A DNA stretch of 63,943 bases, the filler included, from Blastocystis sp. subtype 4 (lineage: Eukaryota), in the NCBI RefSeq assembly GCF_000743755.1. It is 6 parts of 6 records of this genome, joined end to end, with 100 filler letters (N's around TTAATTAATTAA, not from the genome) between each part and the next. Parts side by side here need not be neighbours in the genome. Positions count along the whole stretch, not along the records: positions 22,830 to 34,006 come from NW_014569236.1; positions 34,107 to 45,276 come from NW_014569235.1; 4 more parts are not named here. One strand, 5' to 3'. This document shows, piece by piece, positions 25,301 to 38,778 of this stretch (positions are counted from its first letter, which is position 1; every line of letters starts with the position of its first letter). Position numbers and translations under genes: made by a program. The notes under the pieces were generated by a model. The model did not search any database and was not told the origin of the DNA. It was given only the letters and a program-made list of their open reading frames with translations.

Positions 25301-25867
25301 TTAGAATGATGCAACCAAGTCATTCAATACAGGAACATACGTTCTATCTGGATCATGTTGACCGTTATCCTGAGTATTAACATCCCTAGTGGTCCGTCTT
25401 TGTCTTCTCTTTCTCCGAAATTGATTATCCGTACGACGAATACGAGCAAGCACATCCTCTTTACGTTGTCGGAATCGGGGGCAAGTAGGATAATATCCAT
25501 AATTCAGATCAGCCATGATACTATTAGCCCACCTGCAATCGTCTTGCTTTGCCTCATAATTGGCTACTGCAATCAACATATCTAATGTCTCCCTTTCACC
25601 AGCACGATAATTGATTCGACGTCTGGTTGTACGTGGATTGTTTCGAAATGGACTGATAGGTGGAAACGGAGGATAGTACTCACAGTTGCGTCGCAATACA
25701 GCAATGATATCTTCATACGAATAGCCAGTATGTTTGGCAAGTGAATACTCATAAATACGCAAAGCAATCTCTTGTAACTGTACTTCTGTCAGCATGAGAT
25801 TATCTGATTCAATAGTATCAGATAGAGTGTGATCCGTTATAATTTCCATTTTCCCCAAAATTTCCAT
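25301..25867 (-). CDS. Orphan intronless Arg-rich protein
   Basis: 188-aa ATG ORF; TGTTTATT-like motif downstream at ~25173-25180. Confidence 0.55.
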   Translation of the reverse strand: MEILGKMEIITDHTLSDTIESDNLMLTEVQLQEIALRIYEYSLAKHTGYSYEDIIAVLRRNCEYYPPFPPISPFRNNPRTTRRRINYRAGERETLDMLIAVANYEAKQDDCRWANSIMADLNYGYYPTCPRFRQRKEDVLARIRRTDNQFRRKRRQRRTTRDVNTQDNGQHDPDRTYVPVLNDLVASF

Positions 25868-25900
25868 TTAATGAATTTCCATTTTCCCTAATGAATTTCT
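25841..25900. repeat. Short degenerate tandem repeat (AATTTCCATTT units)
   Basis: aatttccattttcccc/aatttccattt/aatttccattttccct/aatttct. Confidence 0.6.
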
Positions 25901-27075
25901 CAGTTATGTATACTAATGAAGAAAACCTAGATATAAGTGATAAAGCCAAAATCTGACAACATGTATCATCAATCGTGGAAGAGAAAGATGGTAATTCATT
26001 AATACCATTATCTCTAGCTAATCGGAATGTATCAACAGAAGACTCAACGGATATGGGGTTATAAACAGTTCCATTTGTTGAGAAACCACTGGACTCGATA
26101 TTTCATCAGTAGAAGGAGTCGAAATTCTTTTCAGATAGCGACTATCTATCTGATAGAAATGGTCCAGAAACACAAAGAGAAAGAGAATAATGTAAGTATC
26201 ATAACGTTATTCCACCTAGTTGGAGAAAACAGATTGACTCTTCTCTACGACAGGTACGAAAACAGATTTGGTCTCATTAGATATCTATTTAAATATCCAT
26301 AGTCTGGATTTCTATCAAGGCAGAGACGAAGATGGATCCTGACACAGAGTATTTATTATTAGTCACGAGCTCTATATCTATGGATTAACTTACCCAAATA
26401 CAACAACAGTGTACATTTCAGGAGCAAAGAACAGTAAGTGGTAATAACTATTCAGATAGATATCCATAATGGTCTTTCTCCTTTCAACAACACTGTACTG
26501 CTGATAATCCCGAATCACAACAAACTGAATACTCTAAATAATCTTCCCAGTCTGCAACAATACAGTATAAACAGATTTAAAGCCAAAATGAATGGTATCA
26601 GACTGATACGGTAAACAGAAACGAAGGTTTATAAAGGCGCATCCTAAGTCCGTTTACAAGCATGAAAACTGTTCTAATTTTCTTGATGATCTTCAGAACA
26701 GTTACAACAAGAAAATAATGGTACTATCAGTTAATCCTTATTTGACACATGTAGTCTTAAACAAGCGATTTGTTTCCTAGGACTATTGTATCAAAAACAA
26801 AAGTTGTATTTAATGTATCATTCTTGATTGCAAGTGAGAAGAGTATTTTACTTGATTCAATTGCAGCAAATGGTTTAAAAATCCTTATAAGTTACTGATG
26901 GATGTTCCCAGGTTTCTTTATCAGATGAGGTGAATCACTGATTCTCATATTGCTCATGAGGATCGATTTTGTAGTCAAAAATTAGAAGGGCAATGCGATG
27001 AATGACTTCATATCGTTTTAGGAGAGTACTCGTTTGAATACCTGAAACAACTTCAGTTTCATAAACAAACAAAAC

Positions 27076-29744
27076 AGAGAAAGTTTACTATCATTTGTTT
27101 GGCATTTTCCACTTGATCAGGTATTAGACCATTTACCTAGAATTTACGAACAAATACCATAACTCACCTTCGAAGCAAATAACTTACACTTTGGAATTAA
27201 GCAAGGAGTAGAAGCCATTCCTCCAAGAATGGAACAAATCTTGGTTACAATGAAGTCAATAAAAGGCTAAACATCATAGTAATTCAATAATTCAAACAGC
27301 TGGAGTCCCTAACTGCATAAACGAAGCCAACATATTGATTCCTTCTAATAACTAGGTTATAGATAGAGAAGACAAACTACCCGAATCGCACGTGTCAAAT
27401 ACAGTTCGACCAGTTCCTGAGCATCTGTTTGAATATCTTCTGTTTGCTCACTGTAGAGAGAGCATACACAATAGATAGAGCTATTCATAGCTTCGGAGAA
27501 GCGCTGTGACACATTGCTATAAACAGCTCGTAACTCCTCTGTAACTGTAGTAAAGAATCCAGCAAGTTCAGTAAGAAGCTTCTGAAGACTGGCCGTCTCT
27601 CGAGCTGAGAATGGATTCCATGTGAAGAGAATGATATCCTAAATATGATCGTTCAACCTCATTCAAACATTCACAAAAGAAATAACGCATTTCTGAATAA
27701 GACGAGGAAGTATGGCAGAATCCCGTGAAATGATTGTCTATCCCTAATTCTGCTACTCTAATCCTACATTCTCACAATAGGATTTGAGTGGTTGAAACCA
27801 AGGCATTTCGTGTAGTGTAGAGAAGAATCTGGATGGTTTGATTCGACCTAATTCAAGTTCGGTTTCGTCTTCATATTCAATCTCTTGTAAGCCCAAAGGA
27901 TCAAAGTGAAGAAGAGAAGGAATAATAACCGGAGTCAGGAATTCATGAATAGACAACGAGATATAAGCATTTTCGTAACTACAAATAAAAAGTCAGTCAA
28001 GGAAAGACTCTTCAGGAAACCGCTGACGCCAATTCTCAAAATGTGCTAAGATACGATCAAATCGCATATATGTGTAAGCTCGATCATCAAACACATTATC
28101 AATCTTCTCTCGAATCTCATCTACAGATTCAAAGAAAGATCAGTTCATACTCAATGCATTAACAAATATTGATGTAGAATCATCATCATAATTATAATAC
28201 ATAACATTATTGAGATAGGTATCTGCATCTGCTGTTATCACATGCATCTCCTTCTGATCTACTTTCAATTCTTGAATAGAATCCCGAATAATTTGTGGTC
28301 CATCAATGTATGTACATCGATCCTGATTTCGAGTCTGTGTCATTTGCACATCATAATAGATCTCACTCTTGAAGAAACGACCAGACAATCGACGAATTTC
28401 ACCGATTTCTGGAATAGAAGGAGTTTCTAATCATGATCAACTCATATCAGACGAACCCCCAACATTAGCAACAAAGCAACCGAGTTCAGTTAAGAAATTG
28501 ATATCATCATTCATATAGAGACCATTTACAATGTCATTATGGGCTTTATATTGCTTACAAATCTCACAGTATTGACGATACAACTATTCATGACAATCAA
28601 GAATCATTAAACACTTCTTCCAATTCTTTTCGTTTATCTGTTAAATACCCACTTAATCGTCTGAAATAGTCACATTGCTGTTGGTAAAACTCATATCGCG
28701 TTTCCATATCCTTCTTATCCTGATATTCACTTGCTTCATCCTTGTCAATCTCTTCTACCTCTCTTTCTGTACGCATTACTGTACGTGCATCCTACTGTTG
28801 ATCTTTCCATCAATCCTTACTTCATCATAACTCACACGCATGTCATTTAGAGCACCATTCAGACGATTCATGATATGTTCCTGAGACACAATAGTGAACT
28901 CTGAAGGAGGTTCCACTAGATTACATGACAGTAATGATCATACCTGCAGCAATCGATTCATGAACGGTTGAAATCCGAACAGGCATGGCAGCAGCCCGAC
29001 GAACCAGACTCTGTTCCCACTTGGTTTCGTCATCACTTGTACTTGCAGACAACTCATCTGCTTCCCACAATGGGGTTTGTGTAATATCTTTTGTATTGAT
29101 TTGAAATTGATGACTTTCCTCCTCAGTTGGGTAGACAGGCACCTCGTCTAAAGATGCATCTCTTTCATCAGAATCACTAGAGTCACTTGTCAACATTGCA
29201 TTTCGCTTTCGCAAGGAGGCTCGGAATGAAGAAGTTTTCGGAACAGAAATGAACTCTTCTGAAGCATCCTGAGGATTCTCGCTAGGATATTTCTTCACTT
29301 TCTCATTGTTACTACCTTTCATTTGTTCAAGATCCGCATTTGTTAACACTTCCTCTGTCCCCATCATCGACTCCAATCCATCTGTTGTCTTTGATAAATC
29401 ATATTCTCTGTGTAGATCCAATTTGGTAGTGTACTTGGGTTTATTGCTAGAAAAGAACGCTGATTTCTGCTAGAAGTCAGAATCAGAATACAAACACACC
29501 ATTGGTAATCTGTTTCTCCTGCTTGAATAAACTGGGATTATTGGTACTGAGGAAGCACTCTGTCCATCAGAACCCTATAAATATCAACAACATGATCACA
29601 AAATACCTTCTGAATACTAGAATTCGTAGAAGTGGAAGAAACTGGAATAGCACTTCGAAGAGGAGGAAGAGAGTCATCTTCACTGCTTGATTCCGTCTTT
29701 CGGATCGTGCTACGTGCAGTGGAACGATTCTTCTTCTTGAACAT
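27076..29744 (-). CDS. PAXBP1: GC-rich sequence DNA-binding factor (PAXBP1/GCFC2/Ntr2-like)
   Basis: MFKKKNR start, WEQSLVRRA, YENAYISLSIHEFL...FDPL...EMPWF; predicted poly(A) stop at 27076. Confidence 0.75.
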
Positions 29745-29802
29745 CCTCTAAAGGAACAGAACTTGAAGACAGCCGAAACCCCGGTTTGGTTCAAAAAACT
29801 AC

Positions 29803-31692
29803 ATGGACGGGGTATCTTTAGACTCGAATGGAGTGGAAGAGACGTATGATGAGAGTTATGTGAATCTTCATCCTAGTGTGTTCAGAGTTGGTGATAATAC
29901 GATCTCTTTAGGTTATCCAACATCCTATTTGATTACAGAAGTAGTATTTGATAATCCAGAAATTAGTGGTGGGAGAGGACGTGAATACTATGGTGGTGAG
30001 CATGGTGGTGATTATTTGATTTGTACATGGAAAGACGGTACAAAGAATGGAGAAGGAATTCTATACAATATGTATGGTGAAATTCAGTTTCGAGGCACTT
30101 TTGTAAATGATTATGTTGAAGGAGATGGCTATATTTTCAAGGATGGCGTTATCGCCATCAAAGGAAAGTATCACCATAGCAACATGATATCTACATGTTA
30201 CATTGAGTGTACTCCTGATTACATCATGATGGTAGAAAAGAATAATCTGGGCCACTTTGCGTATCGCGGAGGATTTAATGAAGAATTCTATGAACGTGAA
30301 GGATATGGAGCTGAATACGAGAATGGGATTCTTTGTCACTATGGACTGTATGAAGGAAATGTATTACTCCAAATTCTCAAGCGATTTCAGAATGGAACTA
30401 TGCAAGAACTTGATGAGAATGAGCATCTGGTGTATTTTGGTCAATATCGAGATAATATTGCTCTTGGCTTTCCTCGGGAAGGTGAAGGACGTGAATTCAA
30501 AGATGGTATACTGGTATTCCGAGGTACGTATGTCAATGGGAAACGGAATGGGCCTGGAACAGTGTATTATGAACATGGTGTTGCTAAACTTAAGGGAATC
30601 TGGAAAGATGGAGAATTAGTTGAGAGTCATGAAATTGATACGCTTGGTTACTACAAAGATGTAAGTTTTGATGGGAGATCACATTCTTTCATTCGTATTG
30701 TGGATGGAATTGAAACATTTAGTACTCAAGTCAATCATATCAAATTAAGTAATGGAATGTGTAATGAAGAGAATATGGTTCAGTTAGACTTGAAGGATAT
30801 TCAACAACTCATTACCGTGGAATTTGGAAATAAGTGTTTTATGAACGTAAAACATGTCTTGTTCAATAATTTGGCACGTCTTCAGAGTATCAAGATTGGT
30901 GATGATTGTTTTGCATTTTGTGATCGTCAGAATGACAAACCTTATGATCGTTCAAATCGAGAACGCTGTCTGAAAGACAAGAATTCCTGTGAGATTTGCA
31001 ATTGTAGGAGACTGGTCTCGATCGAATTTGGTCCTGGAACCTGTTCGTCTTTCTGTATCTTCTCTCTCGATAGATTGGATTCGTTAAGAACTTTACGGAT
31101 TGGGAATGCCATTGATGAGGTCGTACCTAATGAGGTATGCTCGTTTTCATTTTTTTGGGCCACTGACTTCACTTTGGTGGGGTTGAAATCTCTCAAGACC
31201 GTGGAGATTGGTTGCAAGGCTTTTGTGAATGTAAATAATGTAATTCTTGATAGTAAGAAAGAGGAATAGGAATCATCTGTAGAGCTTCCTTCTCTTACTT
31301 CATTCAATTGCGGTAGTTGGGGACTCAGTGGTCTGAAGCAAGGACCTGATGGTCCACTTCAAGTTACATTTGAAGGTAATACTGTTAGTGATATGTGATT
31401 GAAGGTATGCCTATGTTGTCTTCCTTCGTTTTGGGAGAGTTTGCTTTGTACAACTGTGTTGATATCCTGTTCTCTTGTCTGTCTTAGATGTGGTGTTCAT
31501 AGTAGATTATCCATTAATTACCCAAGTTACCCAGTTTGTAATTATGCGAGAAAGTCTTCATGCAGTATCAACGATTCATTGTAATGGAAGTAGTTATTAT
31601 CATCTTCTTCAATTCTAGAAAACCATCAGGTTGTGAAGACTGTTCTTGCCCTCTTTAAACAGACGAAACGAGCTAGAATCAAATATATCTAA
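29803..31692 (+). CDS. MORN-like repeat plus BspA-like leucine-rich repeat protein
   Basis: Y.G.W..G..NGEG repeats, then L.SI.IG..CF repeats. Confidence 0.8.
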
Positions 31693-31701
31693 CAAACACT
31701 A

Positions 31702-33527
31702 TTAATCAACTTTCTGTTTGATATCAAAACCATAGAGTACATGATCGGATTTTGGAATTATTACTAATTCCTCATCCTTTATCGACTTCTCCTTATAAAA
31801 GGTACATGGTGCCCAAACACACCCTCCACAATTACACTTTGACAGAGGCATTTCCACATCAATGAATCCTTTTCGTGTGTGACACGTCATACACTCAAAC
31901 ATCCGTTTCGTAGCAACTCGTCTCTCTAGGAAATGCCCATGATCTTCACAATATTCACGTCCTAATCCATTCTCTACGAACTGTCTGCAATTAGCACACC
32001 AATAACATGTCACTTCCAGACTCATCATTTCTCTTCGTGCTTCCTCACGTCGTTCTTGTTGTGCTTGACGCTCTTGTAATATATAGAGTCTGTCTTTCAG
32101 TTCTTTCTCTGCATATACGCCACGTTTCTTCATCACCTCCTGCTTTGTGGCTTCCAGATTTGCTCCTGAGGTTGCTTCCATCAAGGCATCAAATACAGGA
32201 TTCCCTGACTTGGTTGTGGCCTCCATACATTTCTTGAGAATAGACTCTTCCATATCACCTTTGATAGGAGTAGATGGAGACACAAAAGAACGAGTCTCTA
32301 TCTTTGTGTTCTTCAGAGGTGATGGTGAAGGAGAAGGACTCTCCACATCACGAACATGAGTAGGTGAAGGTTTCATTTCTAGTTCCTTTATCGCTGGATT
32401 TGAATTAATCTCATTCAGACGAGCACGAACTGCATGAATCTTCTCCAGTCTCTTTTGTTCCTTCTCATCATCTGAATCCAGACGAAGAATCTTCCCAGGA
32501 AGTAGGCCACGACCAAGGAAAGGAGTTGATTCATTTTCCTTACTTTCCATTGAATGTTGGCGTTTCAGAAACAAATCACGGTCTTGCTGAAGTTTCTTTT
32601 GATGTTCCATCTCATTGAGTTGAGCTTGGAGTCGAGCTCCAATCGATCCACCCGTTACCACTCCATTAATAGTCCGTGTTTTGGTGGGAGCGATACCTGC
32701 CAGCTTTGATAAATCCAATCGTGTTGTATTCTTTCCTGGACGACAGTCCACACAATCCTTCCCAATTTGGAATCGGCCTTCAGAGATCTGATTGGGTTTG
32801 TAATTGACTGAGAAGATATCTAGACATGAAAGAATCTACGAACATGTACCTGAACAAAGCTCACTCCGCATTGTATTGATTGTTTCCTGTGTTTTGTGAA
32901 TATGGTACATACAATATCGACTCACTTCTTTGTTAACAGCATTCTTACACTTTTGACCGTTTCTCTGGATACTAGAACATATACCATAATCCAGAGCATT
33001 TCCAATATGTTTGATGTGCTGAATAGAAGGAACTGATAAGGCTAGCCGTTGAAAACCGTCTTTGGATTGAATGACATCCGCATTGACCAAATAGACAAGT
33101 CCACCGACCGGAAGAGATGCGTACTGTCCAGGTTCGCCATGAAGGAACACATTCACATAATTATCTCTTAGATCAGTCAGCTGAAGATAGAAAACGGATC
33201 TTCCAGCCTGACTTTGACATTCATTCCGTTTATGAATAACTCCTGCTGTTGCCCAATTCTCCTACTCCATGATAGAATTGAGACCATTTTCTACCTCTGC
33301 AAAGGCAAATTTACTTGCATCTGAAGTTCCTAAGACTTCGAGACGAATAAATGTCCGTCCTTTCATATGAAAATCGATGATATCCTTTCCAATGAGACGA
33401 TTTCCTATTCGTAGTCGAGTGTAATGGTCCTATTCTTCACCTCTGATCATTGTTCCCATACTCGAGTTCCATCACCCATAGGAGCGGTTGTCATTGTCTT
33501 AGGTATTTTAGCAAGAAAATTAGCCAT
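31702..33527 (-). CDS. MCM10: DNA replication factor Mcm10
   Basis: YGICSS.QRNGQKCKNAVN...YCMYH zinc finger; C-terminal C..C / H / KRMFEC..C zinc motifs. Confidence 0.88.
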
Positions 33528-33563
33528 CTCACTCTTTCTGAAGACTCTTATAAACTTGAGGAG

Positions 33564-33574
33564 TTCCCGCCAAA
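33564..33574 (-). promoter_or_regulatory. Putative E2F-binding site upstream of MCM10
   Basis: TTTGGCGGGAA about 40 bp upstream of the ATG. Confidence 0.55.
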
Positions 33575-33802
33575 GTATACCCCGCCTTTGTTGCAAGTGT
33601 TTAATTATTCGATTCTTCTATGAAAATGAAAAGTTTGTGTTGATACAATTATAATAGCAGCAGTATGGGTCTCTCCATCTACTCATCTCTAGTTGCTATG
33701 AACTGCCATCTATCCATTTGTTGACCCATTGTATTCCATAGATTCTTGAAATCAAAAAGATTCACTTCAGTTCTGCAATCCTCATTCATAGGAGTTTCAT
33801 TA

Positions 33803-34006
33803 ATGAAGGACAATTCTTTCCAAAAACTCTCTGAAATGTCTTCAGATATTGGTATTTATGGTCTGACTAGTCAAGGTATCCAGCTTGCCCTGAATTTTGC
33901 TTCAAAGGGCTATTTGGTGACTGTGGGAAACAAATCCTCAGACAAGGTGAGATCTGACTTGATTGATATTTAATCCATTATAGATCAAGGAATGTATTGA
34001 ATTAGC
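33803..34006 (+). CDS. 6-phosphogluconate dehydrogenase-like N-terminus (truncated)
   Basis: SDIGIYGLTSQGIQLALNFASKGYLVTVGNKSSDK. Confidence 0.7.
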
Positions 34007-34106
34007 NNNNNNNNNNNNNNNNNNNNNNNNNNNNNNNNNNNNNNNNNNNNTTAATTAATTAANNNNNNNNNNNNNNNNNNNNNNNNNNNNNNNNNNNNNN
34101 NNNNNN
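34007..34106. other. Artificial contig linker
   Basis: N44-TTAATTAATTAA-N44. Confidence 0.97.
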
Positions 34107-34256
34107 GGCTGACGACCCATCTCGAACTTTCTCTTCTTGATGTTAATCACAACCTTTCCTCCGGTCAAACGACGCTTATGACGAGAATCACGGCAAATAC
34201 CTACAAAACAATTAGACAATCATCCAAAAGCAATGAAAAGAAGCCAACATACCCAT
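34107..34256 (-). CDS. RPS8: 40S ribosomal protein S8 (eS8) N-terminus (truncated)
   Basis: Spliced [17 protein letters not shown]...[11 protein letters not shown]; 52-nt first intron. Confidence 0.93.
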
Positions 34257-34403
34257 AGTAATGAGTTAAAACCTTTGTGAATGGATAATTCTGTCAATAA
34301 CCCTTCAAGAATCGATTCGATAGTGGGTACTTGATTATCAAGAACCAAATTACTACCATTCTTCTTTCAAAAGCGTTGTTAAGAGACATTATTAGATCTA
34401 TAA

Positions 34404-35315
34404 ATGAGGTATTCTTGTTTTGCATATAATGTAATGTCCGTAGTTACGATCGTGCATTAACTGTCTTCTCTCCTGATGGACATCTCTTTCAGGTGGAGTA
34501 CGCAATGGAAGCTGTGCGGAAGGTGGGACGAATAATCTTGATTTAATGTATAGGGATATTCAGTTGTAGCTGCTGTCTGTTCTCATTGTATTGTACTTGG
34601 AATTGAGAAGAAAACAACTGCACAGTTACAGGATCCTCGTTCTGTGAAGAAACTAATGAAGATTGATGAGAATATCACATTCCTCTTTGCTGGCTTGAAT
34701 GCTGATGCTAGAAAGCTGGTTGATATTGTAGTTTCTGTTAATTTAGAATGATTCATAGGCTCGTGTAGAGGCTCAAAGCTATCGTATGTCGTATGATGAG
34801 ATTCCTTCTGTAAAGTATATAGCAAATTATGTGGGTCGTCAACAACAAATGTTGGATCAATGAAGCGTTTGTCATTTGTAGATATACGCAACGAGGCGGT
34901 CGTCGTCCCTTCGGAGTCTGTGCCTTTATTTGTGGAATGGATGGTGATGAAGGACGTCTATTTACTACCGATCCCGCTGGCATTGTCACTGAATGGAGGG
35001 CAAATGCAAGTGGACGAAATGAAACGGCTCTGCGTCCATATTTGGAGTCCCATTACAAGGAAGGTCTTTCAGAGGAAGAGGGTATTCATCTTGTTTTAGC
35101 ATGCTTATTGGAAGTAGGAGAAAGAAATGAATTTCATAAGTAGACTGTAAGTATGGCAGAGCAATCAGTGGATATTGTGGTTCTGCGAGCAAATGCTGTA
35201 CAAGAGACATTACCGAAGGAAATAGTGGAAGAAAAGATTGCAGTGATTAAGGAAGAAAAGAAGAGAGAACTGGAAGCAAAGGAAGCGGAAAAGAAGGAAG
35301 AAGTGGATCTAAGTT
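34404..35315 (+). CDS. PSMA7: Proteasome subunit alpha type-7 (alpha4)
   Basis: [37 protein letters not shown]; predicted poly(A) stop at 35315. Confidence 0.93.
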
Positions 35316-35339
35316 CACTTGTTTGTTAGAAACAGTGTA

Positions 35340-36108
35340 TTATACAACGCTGCAACAGCTACTATGTGATGAAACATGTTTCAAGTCATAAATATAATCC
35401 CGAGCACACAAGAACACATCTTCCACGTTCTGATTGGCCTTTGCAGAGACTTCAAAATATGCATAAGCACCTACCCGCTCTGCAACTTTCTGACCCTCCT
35501 CTTCCGAGATAAGCGACTTCTCTCCTTTCTCTACTTGTTTCATAAAATCTTCGTCAATCCGTAGATCAGACTTCATTCCCACGAGAATAAATACAAGGTC
35601 ACGATCATGTTTAGATGCATAAGTTGTTAACTCAGGGATCCACTAAATATCAACGAATTAAAAAAAAGTGGTACTTTCGTTTCACAATTCTTAAGAGATT
35701 CTGGTCTAACTATTACCTGAAAACACAATTCCTACCTATCGATTGCAAAACATAAAATGAAAATTGTAGCATGACTATAACACAGAATACGAACTCGATC
35801 ATAAGCATCTTGTCCTATCACCTGATTCGAGTAAACGAGTCAAACCTGCAGTATCAGAGATATTCATAACAACAGATTCATCATTCACAAGAAACAGCTT
35901 CTGATAGTTCTCAAACACTACACATCAAGATAACTGACAATACCTACCAGTTGGATCATGACCTTCAACATATTCATTTTTTATATACTTTTCGCACAAG
36001 CATGTTTTTCCTACAGAACCGTCTCTACATCCTCATCTCCCTACTATATTCTAACCCAACGACAACAACAGTTCCCTCAATAGGCCTTCTCGCTTCCTCT
36101 GTGCTCAT
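35340..36108 (-). CDS. Rho-family small GTPase
   Basis: DGSVGKT, VFENY, DTAGQDAYDRVR, VGMKSDLR, EVSAK, CAAX box CSVV. Confidence 0.9.
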
Positions 36109-36240
36109 TATTTGGAAAGATCAGAATAATTCTTACTGACCACGGACTAACGAATTTTGGAAAAGGAAATAAGGTAACCATTTTCAACAATTCATCACGT
36201 TCTTGTTTATTTGATTCCTTTCTCCGGTGAATTGAAGAGA

Positions 36241-38627
36241 ATGAAAGGAACATCGAAGTGCACCCTAATGTTTATGTTTGCAGTCGCTTTTTTGTTGGCG
36301 TGGATGGAGTTCTTGTCATTATTTGTATTTGATTTGTAGATACGACACTTATGGGTTGCTATCAAAGAAGATGACGGAAGCTACGCATACTGTAAGGGAA
36401 ATCAACGGTTTTGATGGATAGTTCTCTATTTTTCCGTCACCGCTTTCAAAAGAGCTAGATCCTAATTCAGATACGGAAGTGAATGAAGTGGAAAGTGAAA
36501 CAGAGTTGATTGAAGGAGAAATCGATGGTGACAAGTCAGTTGAAGAGGATAGTTTCAGGAAAGAACAATCCCAATCTGTGGTGATGCCTTTCGTGGAAGT
36601 GAAAAGCAACAAGTTGTCTTCTACTTTAGTTCCCACTTTCCTGCGAGTTGTAAAGTCGTTACAACCCACTCGTGTTGTATTATCATTTTCTCCTTCTCCT
36701 TCCATGTCGAATGAAGATGTTGTCGGGGATATTTCTTCTGATTCATCAGCAATTGAAGAGAAGGCGTATATTGATGAAAGTGATGAGAATGGGGAGAATG
36801 AGGAAGAAACGGGCAAAAGTGAAGATACTGACGACATTGGTGACAGTCAAGATGAGAATAGCGATACTAGTAGGAATGATGACACTGACAAGAATGAAGT
36901 TAGAGATTCAGATCGTACGAATAATAGATTGATAAATATAGTAGACGATATAAATGAAGGATCTAATGCTATTTCCAACAGTGATACTACTATCAATGAA
37001 GAGACCAATTCCAGTTACCGACACCCTGAAGTCCGCTCTTCTCTTTCTCCCTTGATGTCTCGTCTGATTCGCCGTCGAAATCGTTATGGAAAGCGTCTGG
37101 GACGTGAATCCCAACTGAGTCCCCTCATGATCGAATTATCACGCCCTAATAGTACGTACTACCCTCCAGATCATCTGAATGATGCTGTGATATCCCATCT
37201 CATGAAACAGATTGCTAATAAGGAACGAAAAACTTTGAATCGACTTTCCTCTTCTGTTAGAGCACGTGGAAAGGAATACTCTACTATGTTTCATTCTATC
37301 GATATCCCGTCGAAACAGAGCAAACTCCCCAAACCTCTTCAGCAGGAGTTTCACTCCAAATCCCGACCAGGACCTGAAGGAGTGTGTGAGGGATGTTCCG
37401 TAGACGAGTCGTTTCCACTACGACGAACATCAAAAAACAAGGAAATTCTGCTATTGCGGAAATTCGTCGGAAATGTGGAAACAAAGGACATTGAGCTAAC
37501 AGGTCGTCGTGTACCCAAAAAAGGGACCCCGATGGATGTTACAGCGATTATGGTGACAACGTGGGCATCAGGGATGCATCTGATGATTAGGAAAACTCGT
37601 CTCTTCTTTATCAAACAGCTTCTATATCGATGGGATGGGTGACTAATGGATGTATTCCTGATGTATAGTCCAATGATAATCGTGGTGAATGGTCATTCTG
37701 ATGAAGAAAGAGCCATCTCGGAATACATTCGGAACACCTACTTACCATCTCGATTAACAATTATTATGTATTTGATGGGCCATAAGAACCCTATGACAAA
37801 GCAATTCCCTGTTAATTTGTTACGCAATCTTGCCATCAGAAATGTTGAAACAACTCATTATCTAATTATGGATATGGATTTATGGCCAACTCGTAATGCT
37901 TATCATGAGTTAGTCCATCTACCCAATTCCATTCTGATGGGGAACAAAAGTGCTGTGATTCTCCCTGCATTCTTTTATAATAAACGACTTGTCTTGCCCA
38001 AGTGCTCTTCATTCAAACATTGTGTATTCTTGTAGAACCAAAATTTCCATGTGATTTCTAGAGGGTTGCATATGATGCCTGAAAACAAAACAGAATTGGA
38101 AGCATGCTTATTAGCAAGAGTTTGTGAGTCGAGAAAACCAGGAATTCGAACTCATGTTTGATTTCGTTGAAGATGTGAATTATAGTTATATGTGATGCCA
38201 TCATGGTTTATATTTGCTGATTCGATCCATGTGGTAAAGTTAAAGTGTATGGTTGCGGATTTCCAAGAACCGTACGTGATGTTAAGGAATTCGTATTCCA
38301 CTCCTCTCTTTGAAGAGAGATTCGTAAATTATGGATACAACAAGGTCCAGTTGATAGAACATCTTCGATCTGCAGGATATACCTTTTATATCTTGACCCA
38401 GGCTTTTGCTATGGATGTTCCCCATGAAGAGTAATAATCCATGTGATCCTTTGATGTCTAGTTCGGACTTTCGAAAAGCGTATCTAAGTCAGCTTCATGA
38501 CAAAGAACTGCCTATGCGTGATGTATATGCGAAGTTCCAAGCTGAGCTCAATAACAAGTATAAGAACGTAAAGCGATTCCCAGTGTGTTCCAAGTCTCAA
38601 ACGACTTTTTATTCTCTAGATGTGTAA
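36241..38627 (+). CDS. Type II membrane glycosyltransferase, GT49 (LARGE/B4GAT1-like)
   Basis: N-terminal TM, long acidic stem, FPVNLLRNLA, DMD, EPYV, FEERFVNYGYNK. Confidence 0.85.
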
Positions 38628-38778
38628 GCGTCTTTTTCGTGATGTTGTTTGTGAGGGCAAACCAACTCCAATTCTTTTCCATACAATTGCATCATCATTC
38701 AGATGTTGTATCCAAATAGAAATGGAAGTCTGTTGAGTTCTATCAAAGTTTCTCCATTTTGAGATCAAACCAAAAAGA

